A DNA stretch of 64,000 bases from an uncultured bacterium (GCA_903834785.1 CAILKP010000103.1:1-64000); one strand, 5' to 3'. Positions 1-10,153 are shown, counted from the first letter of the stretch. Notes: a model not told the origin generated them from the sequence alone. Translations and numbers: made by a program.

Positions 1-315
1 CGAACCCAGATGCCGCGCTGGTGGTGGGGCCAGCAAACAACATAAATCGCTCGGAAGCAAGCACGCGAGCCGGTTGCTTGCACCTGTAAACTTCGATTCC
101 GACTCCCAGCGACAGAAAGCCGGGTTAGATCACAGGCCCCTTTTGACTATTATCCACCAAAGATTTTTGTCAGGCAAGAAAAATCTTGTAAAACAGTATC
201 AGGAATCTACTCCACCTTTTCCATACGATCTACTTACTCCCTGCTTCCGGGTCTCTCTCACTTCTGCCGGCAGCAATACGATCAAATAGCGAACAAGCCA
301 ACCTCCAGGCGATTT

Positions 316-1812
316 ATGGCCAACACTTCCATGCCCGCCCGCACCAGTCCTGATAACCAGTCCCCGCACCGCGGCATCGTGCTGCCGGCCCTCACCGGCG
401 GCATCGCCATCACCGTCGGCCTCTGGTGCCTCTGGTGGCTCCTGCACACGCCAGCCCTGAGCACCCCCCCCGCTCTCGCCGGCCCGCTGCTCATCGGCGC
501 GATGGTTGCCCTTGCCGCCTTCGTCTCTCGCTGGACCACCCACAACCGCCTTCGCTTCGGTCTCACTGCCGGGCTGGTCTCCGGAGCGCTCAACCTCATG
601 CTCCTGGGGTCCATGATCACCCAGCCTGCAGCCACCCCCGCCGCCGCGGCAGCAACTGATCCCACCGCCGTCTCCCCCGGTGTCTCCGCCGTTCAGCCCA
701 ACACCCTGCTGGTCATGCTCGGCTTTGTCGTGCTCTCTGCGGCCTTTGGTGCCATCGGCGCTGCAGTCTCCCGCGCCATACCCCCGGCCCGCCAGCTCAT
801 CACCTCCCGCGACTGGCTCGGCCGCATGGGTTGGCTCACCGCGCTGTCCGTCCTCCCGCTGCTGCTTCTGGGCGGCCTGGTCACCTCCGCCAACGCCGGC
901 CTTTCCGTCCCCGACTGGCCCGGAACCTTCGGCAGCAACATGTTCCTCTACCCCGTCGCGCTGATGGACTCCGCCGACCCCCGCATCTTCAAGGAGCACA
1001 CGCACCGCCTCTTCGGCGCTCTGGTCGGGGTCGTCACGCTGCTGCAGATGATCATGATCCTGGTGCACGATCCCCGCCGCACGCTGAAGGTCGCCGCGGT
1101 CGTTTCCTTCGTGCTTGTCTGCATTCAGGGCGTGCTCGGCGGCACATGGGTTGTCGAGAAACTGCCCTTCATGCCCGTCATCCACGGCGTGCTCGGCCAG
1201 GTCTTCTTCGCCGGCATGGTCGCTCTGGCCCTGGCACTCTCTGCGTCGTTCATCAGCACACCGCTGGCAGTCGTCACAGGCAAGGCCCGCACCCTCATGC
1301 CCCTCATGCTCGGCGGCCTCGTTGTCCAGCTCGCCTTCGGCGCTACCTACCGCCACCTCCGCGGCCAGACCGGCGCCTCACACGCCCTCATGTCCCACAT
1401 CGCCTTCTCCATCGTCGTCATGATCATCGTCATCATCGCCGGCATCGTCACCATCAAGGCCGCCCGCGCGTGGGCCCAGGCCGCCCCCTCCGCCGGCCCG
1501 CTTGCAGCCCGCCTCCGCACCCTTGGCGTGTCCCTCCACGGCGTCGTCGCCCTCCAGTTCATGCTCGGCTGGGTCGCCTGGGGCGTCATCGCCATGAGCA
1601 AAGGCGGCGGCACCCGCATTTCCCCCACGGCTGACCAGCTGGCCTCAACGCCCCAAGTCCCCGTCCTGGAAATGACCATCCGCACGCTCCATCAGGCAAA
1701 CGGCGCCGTACTGCTCTCGCTGGCCGCAGTCGTCGCCCTCTGGACCTTCCGCCTCACCCGCGGGGCCCAAGCCGCAGCCGACCCGGTTCTCGCGGCTCAG
1801 GCGAACGTCTGA
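316..1812 (+). CDS. polytopic membrane protein, probable heme A synthase (CtaA/COX15 family) with N-terminal extension
   Basis: 498-aa ORF with many hydrophobic helices. Motif KEHTHRLFGALVG resembles the CtaA/COX15 E-H-x-HR-x-x-G His-ligand motif, and a second His-containing half follows. C-ending codon usage matches neighbouring core genes. Confidence 0.5.
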   Translation: MANTSMPARTSPDNQSPHRGIVLPALTGGIAITVGLWCLWWLLHTPALSTPPALAGPLLIGAMVALAAFVSRWTTHNRLRFGLTAGLVSGALNLMLLGSMITQPAATPAAAAATDPTAVSPGVSAVQPNTLLVMLGFVVLSAAFGAIGAAVSRAIPPARQLITSRDWLGRMGWLTALSVLPLLLLGGLVTSANAGLSVPDWPGTFGSNMFLYPVALMDSADPRIFKEHTHRLFGALVGVVTLLQMIMILVHDPRRTLKVAAVVSFVLVCIQGVLGGTWVVEKLPFMPVIHGVLGQVFFAGMVALALALSASFISTPLAVVTGKARTLMPLMLGGLVVQLAFGATYRHLRGQTGASHALMSHIAFSIVVMIIVIIAGIVTIKAARAWAQAAPSAGPLAARLRTLGVSLHGVVALQFMLGWVAWGVIAMSKGGGTRISPTADQLASTPQVPVLEMTIRTLHQANGAVLLSLAAVVALWTFRLTRGAQAAADPVLAAQANV

Positions 1813-1973
1813 TAACCGCCTTCCCGCCTCCTGCCGCTCCATTGCATGCTCGTTGGCCCGCCGGCATCAACCGGTCCGGCAACCTCACGCCCCGCGAGAG
1901 CGAACTTGCAACCTTGAGGCTCGGAATCACATCAAGAAAGAGCATCCCCGCAATACCCGAGGTCGGGTGACGT

Positions 1974-3686
1974 TTGTTTCCTCAACCGGCCGATACCCAT
2001 GGCCGCAAAGCTGCTGTTGCGGCCCCCCAAGACCGCACCCACCGAGCAGCCCAACCCGGAGTGGCATTTATGCTCGAGCAGCCCGCGTCAAACAGCTCCC
2101 CCGCCAAGTCGGCCCCAGCCGCGCGGGAAACCACCGCCAAGTCCGGCTCGGCCAAGACCCGCCCCGCCGCCCCCCGCGGCGTCAACAACTCAACCGCCCC
2201 CATCAACAAGAAGGACTTCGGCTTCGAGGAAGCCCGCCACCTTCTCTGGCGTGCAGGCTTCGGCGGAACGGCCGAGCAAGTTCAGCTGCTGGTCCGCTGG
2301 GGCCCTGAGAAGGCTGTCGACACCCTCCTGGATTTCGAGACCACTCCCGCCGACCCCGTCAAGGCCGACGCCTTCAACAAGGACATCATGCGCCCCGTCT
2401 CCGATGAGGAACGCCGCATGCAGCGTCAGGCCGCCTCCGCACGCGATGAGGAAACGCTCGCCAAGCTCCGCCTCGATCGCCAGAACGCCGAGCAGCTCGA
2501 CCGCGAGCAGATGCGCGAGATCCAGCGCTGGTGGCTCAAACGCATGATCGAGTCGCCCCGCCCGCTGGAAGAAAAGCTCACGCTCTTCTGGCACGGCCAC
2601 TTCGCCACCAGCTACCGCACGATCGAAGACAGCTACCACATGTTCCGGCAGAACCAGATGTTCCGCAAGCATGCCGCGGGCAACTTCGGTCAGCTGCTCT
2701 TTGAGATCATCCGCGACCCCGCGATGCTGGCCTACCTCAACAACAACCAGTCGCGCAAGGGCAGGCCCAACGAGAACCTCGCCCGCGAGATCATGGAGCT
2801 CTTCTCCCTGGGCGTCGGCAACTACAGCGAGGGCGATATCAAGGAAGGTGCCCGCGCCCTGACCGGCTACACCTTCAAGGATGACGACTTCTCCTTCGAA
2901 AAGAACAACCACGACACCGGCGTCAAGAACATCCTCGGTCAGTCCGGCGCAATGGACGGTGACGGCTTCGTCAAGGTCATCCTGGAACACCCCGCCTGCG
3001 CCCGCTTCATCGCCACCAAGCTCTACCGCTTCTTCATCCACGATTTCCCCTCCGGCAGCGAGCGGCTTGATGCCGCCGCCCAGCCCGTCATCCGCGACAT
3101 CGAGTCCGCCCTCCTCAGCGCCCGCTACGACCTCAAGCCCGCCCTCCGTCGCATCTTCCTGAGCCAGCACTTCTACGACCCCGCCGTCCGCACCGAGCAG
3201 ATCAAGTCCCCCGTCCAGCTCGTCGTCGGCGCTATCCGGTCGCTCAACACTCCGCCGCGCGACCTGAGCCTCCTGGCCGATGCCATGAACATGATGGGCC
3301 AGAACATCTTCTTCCCGCCCTCAGTCAAGGGCTGGGACGGTGGCCGCGGCTGGATCAACACATCCACGATGTTCATCCGCCAGAACACACTCGTGTTCCT
3401 GCTCACCGGCAAGCGCCCGCAGGGCCGCGATGCGCTGGCCGACAAGGAACGCCTCGACGCCCAGAAGCTCCTCGTCCAGCTCTCCGACGCGTTCCCCGGC
3501 ACCAGCTCGACCAACTCCGCTTCAGTACTCGATGCCCTGCTTCGCTTCACAATCGGCCGCACCGACCCAGGCGGCCGCGATGTGCTCGAACGCTTCATGG
3601 CCGCTCACAGTGGCCAGCTCGATCAGAACACCATGACCGAGCTGCTCATGCTCATCACCGCCATGCCCGAGTACCAGCTCACCTGA
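1974..3686 (+). CDS. DUF1800 family protein (partner of DUF1501)
   Basis: Motifs HLLWRAGFG, FWHGHFAT and LAREIMELFSLGVGNYSEGDIKEGARALTGY are diagnostic of DUF1800. The true start may be an internal Met (for example at 2072). Confidence 0.85.
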   Translation: MFPQPADTHGRKAAVAAPQDRTHRAAQPGVAFMLEQPASNSSPAKSAPAARETTAKSGSAKTRPAAPRGVNNSTAPINKKDFGFEEARHLLWRAGFGGTAEQVQLLVRWGPEKAVDTLLDFETTPADPVKADAFNKDIMRPVSDEERRMQRQAASARDEETLAKLRLDRQNAEQLDREQMREIQRWWLKRMIESPRPLEEKLTLFWHGHFATSYRTIEDSYHMFRQNQMFRKHAAGNFGQLLFEIIRDPAMLAYLNNNQSRKGRPNENLAREIMELFSLGVGNYSEGDIKEGARALTGYTFKDDDFSFEKNNHDTGVKNILGQSGAMDGDGFVKVILEHPACARFIATKLYRFFIHDFPSGSERLDAAAQPVIRDIESALLSARYDLKPALRRIFLSQHFYDPAVRTEQIKSPVQLVVGAIRSLNTPPRDLSLLADAMNMMGQNIFFPPSVKGWDGGRGWINTSTMFIRQNTLVFLLTGKRPQGRDALADKERLDAQKLLVQLSDAFPGTSSTNSASVLDALLRFTIGRTDPGGRDVLERFMAAHSGQLDQNTMTELLMLITAMPEYQLT

Positions 3687-3756
3687 TACGCCCGGACCAG
3701 CAGACACCCCTCCACGCCCCTCCCGCTCCCCACGCCCGCCGACACCGGAGATTCCT

Positions 3757-5079
3757 ATGTTCTTCGAATCCGCCTTCACCCGTCGCGCTTTCCTCTCCCG
3801 CGGCCTCACCCTCGCCTCCGCCGCCGTGGCGGTCCCCTACTTCCTGCAGAACACCGCCTTCGGCCTCCCCCACGCCGCCGAAGGCATGACCTCCATGCCC
3901 GGCGTGCCCGAGGACCACGTGCTGGTCGTCATCCAGCTCGGCGGCGGCAACGACGGCCTGAACAACGTCATTCCCTACGGCGACGGCGCGTACTACAAAG
4001 CTCGCCCGGGCATCGGCATCCGTGAGGACCGCGTCGTCAAGCTCAGCAACAGCGAGGTCGGCCTCCACCCCGCCCTCTCCCCCGTCGCCGACATGTACAA
4101 CGAGGGCCAGGTCGCGCTGATCCAGGGCGTTGGCTATCCCAACCCCAACCGCTCGCACTTTAAGAGCATGGACATCTGGCACACCGCCGACACCTCCGCC
4201 ACCGGTGACGGCTGGCTCGGCCGCTACTTCGACTCCGAGTGCGTCGGCTTCGGTAAGGGCGAGAGTGGCCGAGCCGAGAAGTCCGGCAAGAAGGCCGATG
4301 CCAACCCGCAGGCCGGCATCGCCATCGGCCGCGAGGCCCCGCTGGCCATGCGCGGCCGCGTCGTCACCCCGCTGAGCTTCGAATCCGCCGACCTCTTCCG
4401 CTGGAACGGTCAGGATGTCGACAAGTCCCTCGAGGCCTACTACCGCCAGATCGCCGACCGCTCCGATGCCGCAACGCAAAGCGAGAGCAACTCCGCCTTC
4501 CTCACCCGCACCGCGCTGGATGCCCAGATCTCCTCGGCCACCATCCGCAAGGCCGTCGCCCAGAAGGGCCGCGTCAACTACCCGCAGAACGAACTGGCCA
4601 AGCAGCTGCAGATGGTCGCCGCCATGATCGGCGCCAAGCTCTCCACCCGCGTCTACTACGTCTCCATGGGCGGCTTTGACACCCACGCCGGCCAGGGTGG
4701 CGAGCAGGGCCGCCACGCCAACCTGCTCGGCCAGTTCGCACAGGCCGTCAAGGCCTTCTACGCCGACCTCAAAGCCCAGGGCAACGATGGCCGCGTCCTG
4801 ACCATGCAGTTCAGCGAGTTCGGCCGCCGCGTCAGCCAGAACGCCTCCGGCGGCACCGACCACGGCACCGCCGGTCCCATGATGCTCTTCGGCCCCATGG
4901 TCCAGTCCGGCGTGCTGACCAAGCACCCCTCGCTGACCGATCTCGACCAGGGCGACCTGAAGTACACCGTCGACTTCCGCTCCGTCTACGCCGGTATCCT
5001 CTCCACGTGGCTCAAGGCCGATGCCAACAAGATCCTCGAAGGTTCCTACGAAGTCGCCCCGGTCATCAAACGCACCTGA
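3757..5079 (+). CDS. DUF1501 family protein (sulfatase-like fold) with Tat signal
   Basis: N-terminal TRRAFLSRGLTLASAAVAVP is a twin-arginine signal. DTHAGQ and GGTDHGTAGPMMLFG motifs fit DUF1501. It lies immediately downstream of DUF1800, the conserved pairing. Confidence 0.85.
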   Translation: MFFESAFTRRAFLSRGLTLASAAVAVPYFLQNTAFGLPHAAEGMTSMPGVPEDHVLVVIQLGGGNDGLNNVIPYGDGAYYKARPGIGIREDRVVKLSNSEVGLHPALSPVADMYNEGQVALIQGVGYPNPNRSHFKSMDIWHTADTSATGDGWLGRYFDSECVGFGKGESGRAEKSGKKADANPQAGIAIGREAPLAMRGRVVTPLSFESADLFRWNGQDVDKSLEAYYRQIADRSDAATQSESNSAFLTRTALDAQISSATIRKAVAQKGRVNYPQNELAKQLQMVAAMIGAKLSTRVYYVSMGGFDTHAGQGGEQGRHANLLGQFAQAVKAFYADLKAQGNDGRVLTMQFSEFGRRVSQNASGGTDHGTAGPMMLFGPMVQSGVLTKHPSLTDLDQGDLKYTVDFRSVYAGILSTWLKADANKILEGSYEVAPVIKRT

Positions 5080-5109
5080 TTGCCAATACCAATCGCCCAG
5101 GAAACAAGC

Positions 5110-5144
5110 GAGCCCGCCATCACTGGCGGGCTCGTTTTCATTTC
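5110..5144. terminator. GC hairpin plus T-run between convergent genes
   Basis: GAGCCCGCC-atcactg-GCGGGCTC followed by GTTTTCATTTC, between the DUF1501 (+) and polyprenyl synthase (-) gene ends. Confidence 0.5.
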
Positions 5145-5174
5145 TGATTCATCCCCCATTACCCTTTCCCGCAC

Positions 5175-6131
5175 TCACTTCGTCCGCACCGCCATGTACC
5201 GCGCCAGCTGCCGCAGCGGCTCGGCCGGCGCACCCAGCGGCTCCAGCGCAGCCAGTGCCTCAGCGAGCAGATCATCCACACGCTTGTTGGCCGCTGCCAG
5301 CCCCAGCACGCCGGGATAGGTCATCTTCCCTGCATCCTGGTCCTTGCCGCTCTTCTTGCCCAGTTGCTCGGTCGTCTGCGTCACATCCAGGATGTCATCG
5401 ACGATCTGGAACATCAGGCCGATCGCATCGGCGTACGCCGTCACGGCCACCAGCCGCTGATCACCCTGCGCACGCCCGGTGTCCATCAGCCCCAGCATCG
5501 CACCCATGCGGCAGCTCGCCCGGATCAGCGCACCCGTCTTGTTGTTGTGGATGCACTTGAGCTTCTCTTCCGCCGCCATCGTCTCGGGCATCCCGCCCAG
5601 CGTGTCGTACACCTGCCCGGCGATCATCCCGCCCGTGCCGATGGCCAGTTCCCGCACCAGCGAGCTGGCCACCAGCGGGTCGTGCACCCGCTCCACCAGC
5701 ACCTGAAAGGCGAAGTTCAGCTTGGCATCCCCCGCCAGAATCGCCATCGCCTCGTTAAACGCCCGGTGCAGCGTCGGCCGCCCGCGCCGCAGGTCGTCAT
5801 CATCCATCGCCGGCAGGTCATCATGCACCAGTGAGAACGCGTGCACCAGTTCCACCGCCGCACCCGCCGGCAGCGACGACTGACCCGTCCCGCCCACCGC
5901 CTCAGCGCTGTACCACGCCAGCACCGGCCGCAGCCGCTTGCCCCCGCCCAGCAGCGCGTACTGCACGGCCTCGCGCAGGTTGTCCGGAATCGGCAGCGAC
6001 GAAACGAAGCCGTGCAGATAGCCGTCGACCTCCGCAACGGGGCGGACCAGCACATCACGAACTTTGGTGTTCATCTCCACGCCAACCTCAACTTGCAGCG
6101 GGCGTGTCGTGCCCTGGGCCGTCTGCATCAC
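5175..6131 (-). CDS. polyprenyl diphosphate synthase (FPP/GGPP synthase family)
   Basis: First Asp-rich motif LVHDDLPAMDDDDLRRGRPT and second motif FQIVDDILDVT, the classic trans-isoprenyl diphosphate synthase signatures. Confidence 0.88.
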   Translation of the reverse strand: MMQTAQGTTRPLQVEVGVEMNTKVRDVLVRPVAEVDGYLHGFVSSLPIPDNLREAVQYALLGGGKRLRPVLAWYSAEAVGGTGQSSLPAGAAVELVHAFSLVHDDLPAMDDDDLRRGRPTLHRAFNEAMAILAGDAKLNFAFQVLVERVHDPLVASSLVRELAIGTGGMIAGQVYDTLGGMPETMAAEEKLKCIHNNKTGALIRASCRMGAMLGLMDTGRAQGDQRLVAVTAYADAIGLMFQIVDDILDVTQTTEQLGKKSGKDQDAGKMTYPGVLGLAAANKRVDDLLAEALAALEPLGAPAEPLRQLARYMAVRTK

Positions 6132-6160
6132 ACATCTCCATTACACCGGCCCGCTCCCGC

Positions 6161-6619
6161 TCAGCGGCTCTCCTGGGCCTTGAGCAGCTCATAGATGTCC
6201 GCCGCCGTCCCCGCCGCAAAGATCTGCTCGCGAAAGTCCGCCGAGTTCATCAGCCGCGAGACCCGCGCCAGCGCCTGAATGTGGTCACTCGTCCGGTCCG
6301 GCGCACTGGCCAGCAGAATCAGCAGCTTGACCGGCTGGCCGTCGATGGCCTGAAAATCAATCGGCACCGCCGGACGGCCGATCGCCATCGCCAGCCCGTC
6401 AATCCCCGCGCACTTGCCGTGCGGGATCGCCAGTCCGTAGCCGATGCCCGTCGTCCGCGTCTGCTCCCGCGACCACACCGCATCCTTCAGCGCCTGTCCG
6501 TCCTTGACCTTCCCGCCCGCCACCAGCACATCCACCATCTCCTCGATGGCTCCCTTCTTGTCAGTCGCCGTCAGCGGGGCCTTGATGCATCCGGGTTGGA
6601 GAATGTCCAGCAGGTTCAT
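6161..6619 (-). CDS. ptsN: PTS EIIA-Ntr-like nitrogen regulatory protein (PtsN family)
   Basis: The 153-aa product from Met at 6619 (MNLLDILQPGCIKAPLTATDKKGAIEEM...GIGYGLAIPHGKC) matches PTS_EIIA_2 with the phospho-His region. The 62-aa upstream extension of the raw ORF is Arg/Gly-rich and likely non-coding. Confidence 0.7.
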   Translation of the reverse strand: MNLLDILQPGCIKAPLTATDKKGAIEEMVDVLVAGGKVKDGQALKDAVWSREQTRTTGIGYGLAIPHGKCAGIDGLAMAIGRPAVPIDFQAIDGQPVKLLILLASAPDRTSDHIQALARVSRLMNSADFREQIFAAGTAADIYELLKAQESR

Positions 6620-6875
6620 GGTTTCAGCGCAAGAGCAGACCAAACGTGGCACAATGCAGCGGAAGCCCCCACAGGGCGCAACGCGGCCGGGCAGAAGGCG
6701 TCCAGTGTAGACGGCGACCCACCGGCCCGCCCCGGGCCAGTACCGCCGCCGCGACAACCGACAACCCCGCCCCCGCTGCCGCCCATCAGGAACTTCCCAC
6801 CCCTCCACCCCTCCACCCCTCCTCCCCTTCGCCGCTGCACCCCTCCCCGCCCGTCACCATGCACGCTGCCGCCGC

Positions 6876-9221
6876 TCAACCGTGGATCAGACCGATCACC
6901 GTCGCGATGATCGCCAGCGCCGCCGACATCAGCGACTCACCGGCCACCAGACCCGAGGCCACCGGCACGTTGTAGTCGTCGGCCGACTTCTTGTGCAGCT
7001 TCACCCAGGCCAGCGCGATCAGAGCACCGACCAGGAACGACAGCGAGTTCTGGAAGCTCAGCACCCACGCCAGGCCCATGCCCGTGGCCGAGGGCATGTA
7101 CTTGCGGTACTTCGGCAGCAGCCGCTCCATCACCGGCAGGATGCAGCCCACCGCCGCACCGATGAAGATCGCCGTGATCGCCGATGGCGGCAGTTCCTTG
7201 ACGCCCTTGACCAGCACCCGCGCCACCGCCTCCCACGCCCGCGTGCTCGGCAGCCCGAACTTCTCCAGCTTCTCCTTGGTCAGCACCATCAGGAACCAGA
7301 TGGGCACAATCGCCACCGTGCCGAAGAACACGCCGAAGAACTGCGCCAGGAACTGCTTCCGCGGGTTGGCACCCAGCAGGTAGCCGGTCTTCAGGTCCGT
7401 CAGCAGGTCAGCAGATGAGCTCGCCGAGTTGGCCGCAATACCCGCCGAAGCCAGGTTCGCGGTGATGTTGCTCGGTGCCAGCCCGGCAAATGCCAGCTGC
7501 ATCACCTTGCCCATCGCGCCGATCGGCGTCGTGTCCGTCTCACCCGTCGCGCGGCTGGCCACCAGCGAGAGCACGAAGCTCATCACCACCGCGATCACGC
7601 CCGCGTACCAGCTCACATTGAACGCCTGAATCTGCAGCCACACCATCGCAATGGTGATCGGCACCATGCCCATGATCATCCACACGCCGGGCACCTCGAT
7701 CTTGGCCATCGCCGCCGACTCATTGGCCGTGCCCTCGCTCTTGCCGCCGCCGGTAAAGGCCCGCACCAGCGTCTTCCACTGCAGCGCCACCGAGGCCAGC
7801 GAGGCGAACACCATCGTCGCCGTGCCGCCCCACAGCGCCCAGGTCCGCAGCACAATCTCCCCGCCCGCCCAGTCATACTTCAGCGCGGGCTTGTAGTCCG
7901 CCTTCGTCGCCGCTTCCTTGGCCGCGGCCGCAGCAGCCGCCGCAGCCAGCTCGTGCTGCCTCGCTTCGGCCATCTTGCCCACTTCCTCAGCCGTCAGCTT
8001 CGCGGCAGCCGCCTTCGCCGCTGTCGCGATCGCCTCGGCCGTCGGCGCCGGTGCATTGCTGGCCTTCGCCGCCCCAGCGAGTTCAACGGTCACCTTGGCT
8101 TCCATCGCCTTGAGCACCGCCGCCTCAGCACCAGCGGTATCCGCCTTGGCCTTTGCCCAGGCCTCATCAAACGCCTTGATCGCCGGCCCCTGAATCACCT
8201 TCGCGTCCATCTCCGCCAGATACGGCGCGACACCGCAGTACAGGATCGTCGATCCCAGGATCAGCGACACGCTCGTCCGCATGCCCACAATCATGCCCGC
8301 GGCAATCAGCAGTGCCGACGGCTCAAAGGCAAACCCCGCCGGCTGCGCCGCGGCCACTTCACCCATCTTCCTGGGCATGTTCGGGTACAACCCGTTGATC
8401 AGCTTCATCGGGATCTCAGACGGAATCCGCACCAGATCTCCCGTCGCGGTAAACGCGCTCTTCAGCCAGGTGATCTTCTCCAGCACATCATCGCCCGCAC
8501 GCAGCAGGCCGATGATCAGTCCCGCCGCAAGCCCGGTCACCAGCACATACGCCTTCTTCAGCGCCGCGGCACTCTGGCTGTACAGGCTCTTGAGCGTCTC
8601 CGCCGCCGCGATGCCCGAGGGGAACGGCAGCTGCTCATGGTTGATCATCTGCCGCTTCATCGGAATCGCCAGAAACACGCCCATCAGCCCCGTGCACAGC
8701 GTAAACAGCGTCACAATCACCGGTGTCGCGCCCACCACCTCCCACGTCTTGATGTCCGCCGTCGTCTGTCCCGGCAGCGGATCCTGCAGCAGCACCAGCG
8801 CGCCGAACATCGTCGCGATCGTCGAACCCGTCGAGTACCCCGCCGCCGAAGCGCACGAGGCCATGCACGCGTTCTCCAGCACCGACATCTGGCTCACCCG
8901 CCCGCCGCTGGTCAGCACCACAAAGTTCCAGATCACAAAGCTCAGCACCGACGCCGTGATCGCGATGCCGAACCCCCAGCCGATCGACAGCGACGTATAC
9001 AGGTTCGCCGCCGACATCATCATCCCAAGGAACCCGCCCATCAGCACCGCACGCAGCGTCAGCTGCGGCATCTTGTCACCCTGATACACATGCCGGTACC
9101 AGTGCAGATCCTTCTGCTCCGCCGTCGCATCCGCCGGAAGCTCCGGAATCCCCGCCGCCCCACTGCTGCCCGCCGACGATGAAACCGCGCCGCTGGGTCC
9201 GTCCGTTACTGGTGAGGCCAT
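6876..9221 (-). CDS. OPT family oligopeptide transporter with Ala-rich low-complexity insertion
   Basis: N-terminal LTLRAVLMGGFLGMMMSAANLYTSLSIGWGFGIAITASVLSF is the OPT signature, with many TM helices. An internal ~100-aa segment is Ala/Lys/Glu-rich low complexity. Confidence 0.7.
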   Translation of the reverse strand: MASPVTDGPSGAVSSSAGSSGAAGIPELPADATAEQKDLHWYRHVYQGDKMPQLTLRAVLMGGFLGMMMSAANLYTSLSIGWGFGIAITASVLSFVIWNFVVLTSGGRVSQMSVLENACMASCASAAGYSTGSTIATMFGALVLLQDPLPGQTTADIKTWEVVGATPVIVTLFTLCTGLMGVFLAIPMKRQMINHEQLPFPSGIAAAETLKSLYSQSAAALKKAYVLVTGLAAGLIIGLLRAGDDVLEKITWLKSAFTATGDLVRIPSEIPMKLINGLYPNMPRKMGEVAAAQPAGFAFEPSALLIAAGMIVGMRTSVSLILGSTILYCGVAPYLAEMDAKVIQGPAIKAFDEAWAKAKADTAGAEAAVLKAMEAKVTVELAGAAKASNAPAPTAEAIATAAKAAAAKLTAEEVGKMAEARQHELAAAAAAAAAKEAATKADYKPALKYDWAGGEIVLRTWALWGGTATMVFASLASVALQWKTLVRAFTGGGKSEGTANESAAMAKIEVPGVWMIMGMVPITIAMVWLQIQAFNVSWYAGVIAVVMSFVLSLVASRATGETDTTPIGAMGKVMQLAFAGLAPSNITANLASAGIAANSASSSADLLTDLKTGYLLGANPRKQFLAQFFGVFFGTVAIVPIWFLMVLTKEKLEKFGLPSTRAWEAVARVLVKGVKELPPSAITAIFIGAAVGCILPVMERLLPKYRKYMPSATGMGLAWVLSFQNSLSFLVGALIALAWVKLHKKSADDYNVPVASGLVAGESLMSAALAIIATVIGLIHG

Positions 9222-9370
9222 GAATTCTCCAACGCAAGGTTGCGCTTCCAGGCAGTCCGCGGCAGGATCCGCCGCTCGGCCGTGCCCCGCGAATGCGTGG
9301 CAGAACGACCGATTTCAACCTTACCTGACCACCCACATTCCGACCACCACCCATTCAGGGGGTGACAGCA

Positions 9371-10153
9371 TCAAAAAGTCCGGCGGGCCATCATCACCAC
9401 CGGCATCAGCTCTCGCCCCAGCAGCGACAGCGCCGCCTCATGGTGCTCCACCATCACGTTGGCCGCCCGCAGCGCCCGCCCATCGCTCAACCCGCCCCGC
9501 TCCACCCGCCGCCGCATCGTCTCCAGCCGCTTCCTGGCAGCAGCCAGTCGCCGTGCCGACATGAACCGGCACTCCACCACCTCGTCCCCGGCCGCAGCCA
9601 CCGCCTTCTCCATCTCCTCGACCCGCACCACCCCGCGGCGGCTCAGCGGCATCGCATCATCAAACACATACACGCCCCCCGGCTTCACCAGCCTCCGCAG
9701 TATCTTCACCGCAGGCCCGCACGGCATCACGTTCAGCATCACCGCGGCATCAAAGCTCCCCTCCCGCACCAGCCGCGGCAGCGTCCGCACATCACCGGTC
9801 ACAAACCTGCACCCTCCCGCCACCTCCGCACCCGCATCCGCCGCCCGCTCTCGCGCCAGGCGCACAAACGCCGCGTGCCCATCCACCCCCACCACCTCCG
9901 CCTCCATCGCCGCGGCAATCGCAACCGCCAGCTCCCCGCGCCCGCACCCAAGGTCCACCACCCGCGCCGCCGGCCGCACCGGCTGCTTCTTGCTCACCAC
10001 CCCCGCCCACCTCAGCATCGAGACCACCTGCCTCACATCACACCCCAGCGTGTCAACCCCAGCCACCACCTCCGCCAGCACGCCCAGAACTCCCACGCCC
10101 CCGCCCATCGACCGGGCCACCTCACGCTCAAGCTTGCTTCCGCTTCGGGGCAT
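9371..10153 (-). CDS. class I SAM-dependent methyltransferase
   Basis: Motif I VVDLGCGRGELAVAIA and downstream VGVDGHAAFVRLA...FDAAVMLNVM motifs typical of Methyltransf_11/25. Confidence 0.7.
   Translation of the reverse strand: MPRSGSKLEREVARSMGGGVGVLGVLAEVVAGVDTLGCDVRQVVSMLRWAGVVSKKQPVRPAARVVDLGCGRGELAVAIAAAMEAEVVGVDGHAAFVRLARERAADAGAEVAGGCRFVTGDVRTLPRLVREGSFDAAVMLNVMPCGPAVKILRRLVKPGGVYVFDDAMPLSRRGVVRVEEMEKAVAAAGDEVVECRFMSARRLAAARKRLETMRRRVERGGLSDGRALRAANVMVEHHEAALSLLGRELMPVVMMARRTF

Noticed and set aside
100-315. Replication origin at the AT-rich region with a DnaA-like box
   Set aside because: The + strand stays C>G on both sides of this point, so there is no skew switch. There is a single imperfect box only and no dnaA or dnaN nearby. 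It is more likely a promoter region.
199-1356. 385-aa minus-strand ORF
   Set aside because: Antisense to the heme A synthase-like membrane gene. Gly/Asp/Ala-rich low complexity with no hydrophobic pattern, so spurious.
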